In this document: positions 14,521 to 25,153 of the stretch, piece by piece
Numbering within the stretch: the first letter of the stretch is position 1
Layout: every line of letters starts with the position of its first letter
Source of the DNA: Balanoglossus misakiensis
Lineage: Eukaryota > Animalia > Hemichordata
NCBI GenBank assembly: GCA_040954595.2
Contig: CM082576.2
Coordinates: forward strand, 8,063,129 to 8,127,128
Length of the DNA stretch: 64,000 bases
Direction of reading: 5' to 3'
The notes under the pieces: generated by a model
Databases searched by the model: none
What the model was told of the DNA's origin: nothing
The model's input: the letters and a program-made list of their open reading frames with translations, nothing else
Program-made: the position numbers and the translations under genes

Positions 14521-14980
14521 TAGTCTCGGTTACCCAGACGCCTTTGCTTCTTCCGATGCTCTCCAGAAAAAGGGTCTGGGGAAATGCTATTGAAAGCTTT
14601 GTAAAACAAAATGGCCGATGTCAGGATTTTGATCATCGCCTGATTGGCTGAGCTGTCAGTATGACCCGGGTCATTGCAATAGTTTCGACAATCGTCTACC
14701 AAAGATATTTCATATAATTTCTCCAACAATGCTAACAGAGGACGCATTTTGCCTTTCGCATCAACCAACAAGTACCGGTCTCTTGATATGAAGATACGAC
14801 AAATAATCACACATTGTCGAGAGTCAGTGACCCGGGTCATGCTGACAGCTCAGCCAATCAGGCGATGATCAAAATCCTGACATCGGCCATTTTGTTTTAC
14901 AAAGCTTTCAATAGCATTTCCCCAGACCCTTTTTCTGGAGAGCATCGGAAGAAGCAAAGGCGTCTGGGTAACCGAGACTA
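14521..14980. mobile_element. Non-autonomous fold-back DNA transposon (MITE-like), 153-bp TIRs, 9-bp TSD; AcademH- or MULE-like
   Basis: 14521-14673 is the reverse complement of 14828-14980 with one mismatch (14660). Termini are TAGTCTCGGTTACCCAGACG...CGTCTGGGTAACCGAGACTA. Identical GGCATCTAT direct repeats flank it at 14512-14520 and 14981-14989. The 154-bp spacer has no transposase. Confidence 0.93.
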
Positions 14981-17900
14981 GGCATCTATTGGTCCCAGAA
15001 TGCAAATCGGTTGTGTGTTAGATGCAGCGGGGTACTCACACACACTAAAAGGTATTAGGAGTTTTATAGAGATCATTATAAATCGACAATTTATAGACTT
15101 TACGTGCTATGTCCGGAGGGGTGTCGAGGTAATTATGGTGACAAAATAAGTACTTGTGAATAAACTATAATGATAAAATTTATATCTCGCTTTAAAGAAT
15201 TTTAAAGATCAGGAGGGTGTACAGACAGACAGACAGTCAGACAGACAGGAAAGTACATACATTAATTTTTGATATTGGAATGGGTCTTAATATAGTCAGC
15301 AGGGTGAGATGTTTCAAGTCCAGTCAGTATGCCTGCACAGTCGTATTTGTTGTTGCTGTTGTCTGGTTCGGTATGAACTGTCTGATATTCTCGTATTTGA
15401 CGAAGCAGCCACCTGACGGAGCGTATTCCATTGGGGGTGGCACAATATTGTCTACGCGGATAATTGCGGCAATGAAACGCGCGAACAGAGCGTCGCAAAT
15501 TAGGCGGCGTCCCGCGGCGCCCGAAGCCGATGTCCTGCAAAAGGCGCGGCCTCGTGTTTTCTTTAGACCCGTCCTCGTCTATTGGCGGGTCGTGGTCCCC
15601 GGCGAACGCGCATCTGCCCGGCTTGTTTAATTGTTGGCGGGATAATGGCATTAATACAGTGACAAGTACGTGTTGTTGTACTTGTTCCAATTTGCCAGTG
15701 CCTCTCACTTTCAGGAACAGCGTGTCGACAAAACAGTTTTGGGCGACTAATCGGTCTTAATACCCTCACCACACCGACACAATAAAAGCAAACGCCATAA
15801 TTTATTCGAGATGGTGTATTCCAGGAGGAGGGAGAGACTGTGAGTGGATCGAAGATACTTTCCTAATAGCACATTTTAATCGGAAAGAAAAATAAATGCC
15901 GAAATATTTTCGGTTCGATAAATTGACCCATAAATATTGCCGCGCAGTCCCCACTTTTTTAAACGACGAAAATGACCGTTAAACATAGAAATAACTTCTG
16001 ATGTCAACTGACTGGAGTAGGCCTATACATCCAAAATGGCAACCGGTGCCACTTGTAAAATTGTATTTGTATATATACATGTATATCGTTCTGTCTATTC
16101 TTGTCTTGTCTTAGGTCACCGAGACGAATGATTCGGGGGCCGACTGGTCATATTTGAACCCTTAAAAAGAATGCGGGTTGTTAATTGTTTAATTTGTCCC
16201 ATGAATTTTTAATAAACGCCCGTGAAAGGCAGGAATTCCCCGCCATGAATTATTAACGAGGAAATCAATGGAAGTTCACACTCCGACACACACTTGTTGA
16301 GCTTCTTGAGTGGCGGCAATTACTCTCATTGACGAGAAACTATGAGAGGAATCGAGTGACACGGGCTGGGCTTCTCGTAAAGCTTTACAGAAAGAGAGAG
16401 GGGGAGAGAAAGTCTTGGCGAGCGTGATTTTCTAGCCAGAAAGCCAACTCCTCTCAGAAATCCACGCGAAGGACGCACATAACAAACCGAATATATTATA
16501 TTATGGCAACATCGCATTTTCTGTGTAACTTGACGACTCGGTGTGTATAACTACTTGAACCGCGTCTGAATCGATGCATCTCTGCGCAGATCCAATGACA
16601 CCGAGGATCATCACACTGGCATTTAACAGATTCTCTCTTTCGTGCTCAACAACAAAGAACGCTTACGTCATCGCGGTAAATAATCAAGAAATATCACGAT
16701 TCCCGAAGTCAGCCCACGACCCACATACTTCTAGTCCAACCCTTAATTGGTTGTTTTTCGAGTCAGTTTTGCGAAGGACAAATTTCACAGTATCTGATTT
16801 TACAGGTTTACGATCATTCTAATAATTCTTTCCTGAAATTCATTTTATGCCTCGCAAACGATGACCCCTTGACCTTTGTTTGCGTCACTTCTCATCATCT
16901 CTGAAACGCGACATTTCACTTGAAAATACGAGAATTTCCATAACGATTCTGACTTTTGAAGATAAATTAGAGAGGGGAAGTATATTTGGGAGTTGATTAT
17001 TAAAAAAGTGTGATAGAATTTATTACAAAGAAACCCACAGATACGAGCTCACTTAAGAAATAATCACTGCCGAATGGCAAGGAACGAGACGAGTATTAAC
17101 AACTGTCCAGTGCTGTTCTCGTACAAATTACTGGCGATTAGAATTCATACTCACGCCCCAACTCAGGTGCCATACACAAAGGTTGTCGATGTCATAAATG
17201 ATTCGTCGACAACATATACGAGAGTCCCGGTGTACGCGGCTATGATCGAGACGTTTAATATGGTCATGCGGCGAGCATGACAAAACACTTCTGGTAGCGG
17301 AATACACGGGGTTTTAATTAAAAACTCTGTCAATATTGAATTAAAATACTCCCGGGGTCTGCTTTTGTGAAAACGGATTTTCGTAGTGGAAGTGCCCACA
17401 GCCCGTTTACGCGGCAAAAGGTCGGTGATTAAGTTGGATCTGTAGTCAGATGCGAGATGCTGGAGCATTCGCCTGATTTGGTTCAGTGGCAACTTTTGGA
17501 AAATGGAAATCGTGTTCCAAACACTGGTTATTGTTGCTTGCTCCGCAGCGACCCGGTCGTCACTGGACGAGGGTGGCGGTGGTTCCCAACGCAACCGGGT
17601 GTATTTACGCCTGGTGGTGTCAAGCAAAACAGCGTTTCAGGGTCATCGTTTGACGACGAGGAGGAGAATAACAAGGAGGCAACAAAATAGTGAAATTTAT
17701 ACAAACTACTGAACTGGGGCAAAAGCCGAGAACCGGGGACTACAAACAGAGCTCTCGCTTGAGCTCCCCCCGACATAACGTTCCTATCGAGCACGATATC
17801 TGATGTAGCCCGTAGGCGAAATACTCGCCGATAGAATTACGTGTCGCGGCCGTGGTGGCACTGTCCCCCCCCCCCCCTGTGGAGCTAAGGGCGACTGTAT

Positions 17901-20900
17901 GCCAGTCTGGGTACCCATTCGTGCCACGAAATGCGTCTGCCCTACACACTATGACCGAGTCGCGGATGACGCATACGTGCATGCGCGGGGTATGATTTCT
18001 GACGTCCGCGGCGAGCGATAATACCACCCCAATCGCCACCACCCCCCTCCGAGTGGATTCGACAAGGACAGTGGGATCAGGGTGAATTATAGTCTTCCAA
18101 TTTAATGTTGACGCTCACCCGAGTCAATGGTTGAAAAGGCAATGTCAAATTCCCGACAGCCAACGTCGTGACATGTACACATTACGGGCGAACGATCGCC
18201 TCAGTCGTTTTAAGTACAACAGTGTAGTCAAAATGCTTTAATACAAAGCGACCCTTCTCCTGAATTGGAAACACACAATAGGACCCTGTAACACCCCAAC
18301 CTTTTGGATTAATGTTTACAGTATGGCTATCAAAACTACCCGTGGACCATAAGTTTGTCAAACTTTTATCGCATATTTATGGCGTGCGTGTTTAAATATT
18401 GAGTGGTGTTTTGACCGCAGATGGGCTTATAGCCAAACCAAACGAGATGAAGAGGTTAGAGCAAACTGATTATTTAGCATATTTTTAAATTCAGACATGT
18501 CTCAATTAACCTGGGAGGGGACGACTGAGAATCGGCGAAGTCTGCCAATTTGAAATACAGTGCATGGTAGGATGGCACGAACATATCTCACATGGGCATA
18601 GAAATACTTTGAAATCGTAATCAGTCGGGGCAAATCGTCATGGAAAAAAAAGAAAGGTAATTGCTCGTCCATTTGAAGGGTAAAAGGAGCGAGTCGTGAT
18701 CTCCGGAGACGGAACAAAAAAAGGGAGGATGAAAATTACAACATTGTCAATTTCAAAATAATCAGCCAGACAATTGTCGCAAACAAGCTGGAAAATGGCT
18801 GGAAAAGAACCGGCGCTGCACAAGGTGTAATTACACTGTGTTTCAGAAGAGAGCCAGGGAGGGGAGGTGGCCGAGTGGACGCGCAGCTAGACGTCCCGAT
18901 GGCAACTCACAAAAAGGTGGGGCATGTTAAACGCAGCGAAACGTGCAAAAGAGGAGCAGGGGGCGTCGGGAAGAGTTGATGGCCGGCTAATTAACTCGTT
19001 TGTATGGCACGTCTGATCAACACCCCGTCTTTTTTGCGCTCCAGCGCGGAGGCATTGTGGACGTGTCGACGCTGAAAGAGGTTGGCGCATTTGCAAGTCA
19101 AACGGACATTTCTCGTCAATTTCGCGCGAATTGAAGAAATTTATTGTCTGTTGACAGTTTTCTTAAACCCCGAACTCTACCGCTAAGATAATTCCTGTAA
19201 TTCCCCCGCGTTACAACTTCTTTGATTGTGCGAGTTGAATGATATCACCGTGATTAGGCTGGGGGGAAATTGACAGTTAGTACAAGAGTACAAGTCACTT
19301 TAATTTCGTTCATTGATAAATGGCCTCTACGCTTCGACGACCCGTGTGCCAAGGAAGTGGCCTATGCAATGTCATTCTGACATGCTGAATACATGTAAGG
19401 TGAACTTCTCAGCAGCTGCGGAAATTCGCAATTCCAACGGTTTAATAAGTTTTTAAAATAAATTTTATATGCGCGACCCAGCCTCGCCGTGGCCATTATC
19501 ATGGGACTTTATAAAACAGCTATCATTGTTTCACATGAGCACGCCGATTAAGAAGTTAAAGGGGAAAGTCGATCACTTCTTGACATTGTTTTGGGTGGGG
19601 GTATGTAGTTTCTTTTCAGGGGTTGTAAACGTTGTTCTGCTCACTAAAATATGCTCATTCACCGGTTGTTACGACTCACCTCACTACCTCTATATATTAT
19701 GGGCATAATGCTAATATTATTACCGTACGACGCAGTTTTGGGTATTGACCAAAATCTGAAATGATGAAAGTCAGTGTTTTGTCCGAATGCAGGGCGCGGG
19801 TGCAGAGCCTACATAAATAGCCAGTCGATAGAACCTAAAATTACAACCAATATATATGTCAAAAGAGGAAGGCTCTGCCCCTCTAAGCATTCCTTGTTTA
19901 TTCAAATCTGTCGGGTTGTATTTGTAAACACTATTCAACATTGCCAGCGATAGCAGGCACCGCAGCACGCGCGCCTCTACAGCATCGGTGTCTGTTTTTG
20001 GTTCCAACCGCGCGCCCTCCTCTGAACGCGTAAACTGCGGCTATGAATAGTCTTCAAACGCACAATTTTACAAGGCGCACGATTACCCGTCGCCGACGAC
20101 AGTTCAAAATAATTCAGCAGCCCCATGTTTTGAAGAAGGGTAACGTCACAATCAAAAAAATAAATTGAATCTATATTTCATAAGGGCCCCGCCTCGAGCC
20201 CCACCGGCGGAGTATTCAGACGGATTCGCTTTGGTTGTTTAATATTCTCCGCGATACAAAAAAAGTGGACACCACCGAGCGATCTTGATGAAGAGCGGTG
20301 AATGCACAACTGGGTTCATCTCAATCTTGTCTTTACGTTCAAAACGTTCTAATCCGAATCAGTTATTGCTATTGCGGCCATGTCTCCATTATCAACTGCT
20401 ACAGGTAGCATCGGGGGGCCCCACTGTAATATCGGTTTAAAGAGAGTTGAAATTATATTTAATCTCGGCGTCCAGGCTCCCTGGCTGTGTCTCTAATTTT
20501 CGGAGGAAACGGATCACAACAAACGTCTTTACTGGATTTCATCAATATTTGGAAACACGGACACAGAGGACATTTCAATTTGATAAGAGGGATAATGGAA
20601 ACTCCGCAAACAGCGTGCGTTCTCTGTCAAGGTAGCCATGGGCACACCTCCACTTCAAATGAAACAGCCAAGTTTTTTTTTTCTTCCTTTCTCGGCGATG
20701 TCAGTATTTTAGCATGATATCAGAACGGCCTTCGGTTTAATTTAAATTCAACCAAAAGAATATTGTGCATACATGTACGCGGTTTTCCCCAAATCTTTCT
20801 CAAACAGGTGACTCGAGAACAACAGCAATACATTAAATTCATCCGTCACACAATTATATTTTTGCCGTTTAATGCTCAGAAGCATATTCCCTCGCAAGAT

Positions 20901-21492
20901 ATTTCACAAATCATTTCCGATTCGACGGTTTATGTGAGACTATTAGAGCGACTTTGCTGAAATAATGGAGCCGAACATCGGCCGGCGTTGCAACTCATGA
21001 TTGAAGGATGCAAATCCGATCGGAAATCGGTCTAGGTGTTTAGTGTTTCCCGTGGAAGGAAATGGCAACACTCAGTTATCTGGTAACTTTGATTTTTTTT
21101 TTCAGATGCGAAGGCATTTGAAGTCAATTTCTTCCCATTTTCGTAGAGTGCACTGGCGTCTGGGTTCAATTCGATTACCTGATACGACTGATTACAAGAT
21201 TTTTTCACTGTTAATCAAAGATCGCTCGGTGAATACCAACCGACAACGGGGGAAACACAGCCATTTTGTCTCCAGAAATTCTCAATACTGCTCGACACAA
21301 AAATAATAAAATATTTCGGGTGGTACATATAGGACTTGGAAGCGGAAGGACTTGTTAAAAACGCAAATTGGATCGACAAAAGCGTTTGTCGTAAAAATTA
21401 CCACCATGAAAGAGGATCATTATCCTAAATTCAATTACCTTGAAAACAGAACGACGTGAGAATGTAATCCTTCTTTTTTTAAATGGATCAGT

Positions 21493-21498
21493 TTTATT
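21493..21498 (-). promoter_or_regulatory. Candidate FoxG polyadenylation signal AATAAA
   Basis: First minus-strand AATAAA I found after the stop codon (~700 nt downstream). A GT/T-rich tract (GTCGTTCTGTTTT) follows it on the minus strand. Confidence 0.5.
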
Positions 21499-22189
21499 TT
21501 AATTTCATAAATAAATAAACCATGAACGCGACGCTCACATGTGAAAAAATATTCCTACTACGTTTGATGATAAAGGTTGGATCTGGCAATCACCCGCCCA
21601 CAATGTGTAAGTTCTCAGGTTGAAATTTTTCTTCACTAAAAACACTGATAATAAATTGTTTGCATCATACTCGACCGAAAGAAAATGCGAAAACAGCCAA
21701 ATCGACACTTAATTGCCAATTGAAATAACATTATGACAGTACTTTAACTCTCTCTGTCGGTTTCGACCACAAAACTACATTGATTTTTTTCCTCGTGGAG
21801 ATTTGTCCACTTTGAACCCCCTTTTTGCGTGTAAAGCTGCTGATTTTTTCGTATAAAACAATCAATTCAATGGCATCATAAAAATAAACTGATTTCGTAC
21901 TGACTCTCTCTGAAACTGTGTGTACTACCTGGCTTCGTGTCGTGAGCATCCTTGGCTTGATGCTATACGAACACGAGACTAAAACACACACATACACACT
22001 CACACATCGCTCCCAATACGCTATTACAAATACAAATTTATATACAGAAACGTGCATGCAATATAAATAGATTTTTCGACAGAGTTCATTTAAAACAGCA
22101 ATGTCTCTACTTTTACGCTTATTGCCAGTAAATACATGTGTTTATGTATATGGTCCCTTTTTGCTCATTTTTTTCACACTTCATGTACT

Positions 22190-23440
22190 CTAACTGTGCC
22201 TCGGTATTACTTGCACTGTTCCAATCGGAGAGTTGTTAGTGAATGTGGTATCTGTTAAAAGATTACTTGCCGTCGAGTTGGGTATTGGCTGCGCTCCTAT
22301 TGAGCTCGTGAAAGCTGTCGGCGGGCTAACGTTCATACTTCTGAGGCTTTGGTACATGTCATGATATGTCGTCCCTGCGGTGGCCGCCTGTGCATGGTGG
22401 AGGTGGGGGTAGAAGTAGGCCGACTGCACGGCCGCCGCATTCGCCGTGCTGTTCGTGAGACCGGCGAAAGTGGTCGGCGTCGTCACGCCCAGTCCTGTTC
22501 TGAACGACGCAAGAGCCGCGGTCGACGGCGACAGCGTGGTCTGGTGCGGGGCGTACGAAACGTCCGTTCCGATCAGCCTGTCGACGGAAAAGTTGTGAGT
22601 GCCCAGGGGGCGGCTCAGCGCCGGGTTGGGCGCCAACAGGCTGTTGTAATGGGGGGACGTGTGGAGACTGCCGGCAGTGGCTGTGTAGCGCAGCGCGTTG
22701 CTGGCCGCGGCGTGCGGCGGCAGAGACAACATGGGCGACGCTGGCCAGTACATCGGGTAGGGCTTATCACTCTGTAGCGGGTATCCTCCGGCAGTGAGTC
22801 TTGGATTCCGTTTCAGTTGCGCCAGCCTGCTCCTCGACGCGGCCGTGGATCGGCGACGGAGCTTGCCAGTGGTACCGCCGATGAACACATCGTCGCTGGA
22901 AGGGTCTAGCATCCAGTAGTTCCCCTTGCCTGGGTCATCGTAGTGTCGGGGTACTTTCACAAAACATTTGTTCAGACTCAGATTGTGTCTTATTGAGTTC
23001 TGCCAGCCCTGCTTATTCTCCCTGTAGTACGGAAAGTGCTTCATAATAAATTCATAAATACCATTTAATGTCAGTCTTTTCTCCGGACTCTGTCGTATCG
23101 CCATCATGATCAGCGCATTATAACTGAACGGCGGTTTCTCCCCGTATTTGTTCTTGGGCGGACTGTTGCTACTGGCCTGCTTGCTGTCGCCGCCGTCTTC
23201 TTTCTTTTCGTCCTCCTTGTTCTCCGCGTTCTCCACGCTCTCGTCGTCGTTCTCTTTGGAGTCGCCGTTTTCTTGCACTTTCTCCGCCTGATCTTCCATC
23301 TTCCCGACGTGTTCGTTCACGCTCTTCACCGGCAGCTCCTCGATTTCACGCTCTTTCTGCATCAGCATTGAATCGATTGTGAACGAACTCTTGATCGCTG
23401 TCGGACCTCCGTCCTTCTGCACGCCGTCTATCTTCACCAT
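22190..23440 (-). CDS. foxG: Forkhead box protein G (FoxG/FOXG1/BF-1 orthologue), single coding exon, 416 aa
   Basis: Uninterrupted ORF with GACCATGG start context. Forkhead domain aa ~102-197 (nt 22850-23137: [96 protein letters not shown]) carries the FoxG-class signatures [13 protein letters not shown] and [14 protein letters not shown]. Also an N-terminal eh1 (FTIDSML), [10 protein letters not shown] and FSVDRLI, which resemble vertebrate FOXG1 motifs. Confidence 0.97.
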   Translation of the reverse strand: MVKIDGVQKDGGPTAIKSSFTIDSMLMQKEREIEELPVKSVNEHVGKMEDQAEKVQENGDSKENDDESVENAENKEDEKKEDGGDSKQASSNSPPKNKYGEKPPFSYNALIMMAIRQSPEKRLTLNGIYEFIMKHFPYYRENKQGWQNSIRHNLSLNKCFVKVPRHYDDPGKGNYWMLDPSSDDVFIGGTTGKLRRRSTAASRSRLAQLKRNPRLTAGGYPLQSDKPYPMYWPASPMLSLPPHAAASNALRYTATAGSLHTSPHYNSLLAPNPALSRPLGTHNFSVDRLIGTDVSYAPHQTTLSPSTAALASFRTGLGVTTPTTFAGLTNSTANAAAVQSAYFYPHLHHAQAATAGTTYHDMYQSLRSMNVSPPTAFTSSIGAQPIPNSTASNLLTDTTFTNNSPIGTVQVIPRHS

Positions 23441-23574
23441 GGTCGTCGTCCGTCGTCGCTCACAACAAGAAGACGGTGCGGGGATGTATGCGCGCGTGCG
23501 TGCCTACGTACGTTGCGTGTTCACTTGCTATGTGGTGGCCGAGGCTTGATCGTCAACGCTACGGCTCCGTCGGA

Positions 23575-23800
23575 TCACTGACGTCTGATGTACAAAGTTG
23601 GCAAACTTGTAGTTTATATATGGCAACCACGGTGCGCTGATGTGTGTGTGTGCGCTTGTTGTCGTGAATACGAATAATTCCATTAAACAGCTGTCAACCA
23701 GTGAATGCGACCACCCAAAGTTTGCATTGGTTAGCCAATCACAATGCAATGTAATACGCCCCTGAGGGGCCTTCATTATAGCCGTGTTTTGAACCAATCA
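23575..23800 (-). promoter_or_regulatory. Putative FoxG core/proximal promoter (TATA + Inr-like + CCAAT boxes)
   Basis: Minus-strand TATATAAA at 23613-23620. Inr-like TCAGAC and TCAGTG lie ~30-40 nt downstream (A at 23586 and 23579). CCAAT pentamers at 23726-23730 (ATTGG), 23735-23739 and 23794-23798. Near-palindrome GCCCCTGAGGGGC (AP-2-like) at 23758-23770. No upstream ATG in the implied ~145-nt 5'UTR. Confidence 0.7.
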
Positions 23801-24959
23801 CAGCGTAGAATGGTGTTGTGTTTATTCCGCGCTTGTTACCCCTCCCAGTGAATTGTTCGTGCGGCAATAAGCAATCATATTTTCTCCATTATCTGTTCTA
23901 AAGTCGACGACTTTGTGGCGAAAACAAAGCCCCCTGTATGAATGAACATCGTAGATATTAGATATGGTAAAAAAGGGGGGCCGGGCCACTCTTCACTCGG
24001 GTTACGCGAAAGATCCGTACGGGTAAATGCTCTTCCAAAATGCACGCTGTTAACCGGTCTCTCGACTTTCAACATTCGAAACTGGTCCGTTGGTCCTGCG
24101 TTTGTGGGTGACTGGCGATGCTAAACCGGGGGTTGGGCTCGCTGGAAACCCGTATTGAGTTCATGGGAAAGTGACATGACAAGTAGAAAACTCGTTTAGG
24201 CTTTTTATCTCTGCCAATTAGGGCCCGATCGCCAAACACCCTCTAATTGTTCGCAAGCATTTGGCTAATTTCACTCTGATAAGCACGCAACGGACGGGAA
24301 AACAATGCGCCCAACTAGTGGTCAAGAGTGACGAACGGTTGTGTGGATAGACCGGTGGTGTTTTTTTTGTGTTCGCCTCAATGCTAAATCTTTCACACAC
24401 GCAGACACATAATGCCTGATGGGTTCAGTGTCTTCATTGAATAGGAACAAGTCTTTAAAAGCATGTTATATGAATTAGATGGGAGAAAAGAAGCTTAAAT
24501 CTCATGTAATACTGCCCCCGGGGCGTTTCTTTTCTCTTAATGGGACCACTCGCTCCAAAATATGCAATCACTAACACGGGCACTTCAGAAACACTGGCTT
24601 TTGCCTGGATGCTGGCAAAACAAGACTTTTTTTTCTCTCTCTCTCCCCGCTGCAGAACTTGACAGAGGCAACGTTAATCAATACCCGCGTGCAAATATTT
24701 GCTTAAGAAAGAGCTACAAACAGCAAAGTTTATGTAAACGGAGCCGTTTGTCTTAGAGCACGGTTTGTTGTTGCAAGGGCTACGTTACACGGCTACTTTG
24801 CGGTTTGTTTAACAAACTAGCAAGAGGTTTATCACCGAGAAAGTCCTTCAGTGAAAGTGTTAGATAAACTGTGGGCCAATCGTTGTCTTAACTGCTTATA
24901 GTGTAAAGTCAGGAAGTATTCAATGAAATCACTTAATTCGTTAATTGTCCCTTTTGCTC

Positions 24960-25153
24960 ACATACATACATACATACATAGATACATACATAGATACATA
25001 CATACATACATACATACATACATACATACATACATACATACATACATACATACATACATACATACATACATACATACATACAGACAGACAGACAGACAGA
25101 CACACACACACACACACAGTCAGTCAGTCAGTCACTCAGTCACTCAGACAGAC
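24960..25153. repeat. Compound microsatellite (TACA)n(GACA)n(CA)n(GTCA)n, ~1.4 kb upstream of the FoxG promoter
   Basis: Direct reading. Confidence 0.95.

Noticed and set aside
14520-14840. 106-aa ORF inside the fold-back element
   Set aside because: No transposase motifs; it reads through TIR sequence.
22349-22777. 142-aa antisense ORF overlapping FoxG
   Set aside because: Explained by the GC-rich FoxG codons suppressing stops on the opposite strand; no recognisable domain.
23528-23797. 89-aa minus-strand ORF upstream of FoxG (possible uORF or extra exon)
   Set aside because: It starts upstream of the TATA box and runs through the promoter motifs; no protein similarity.
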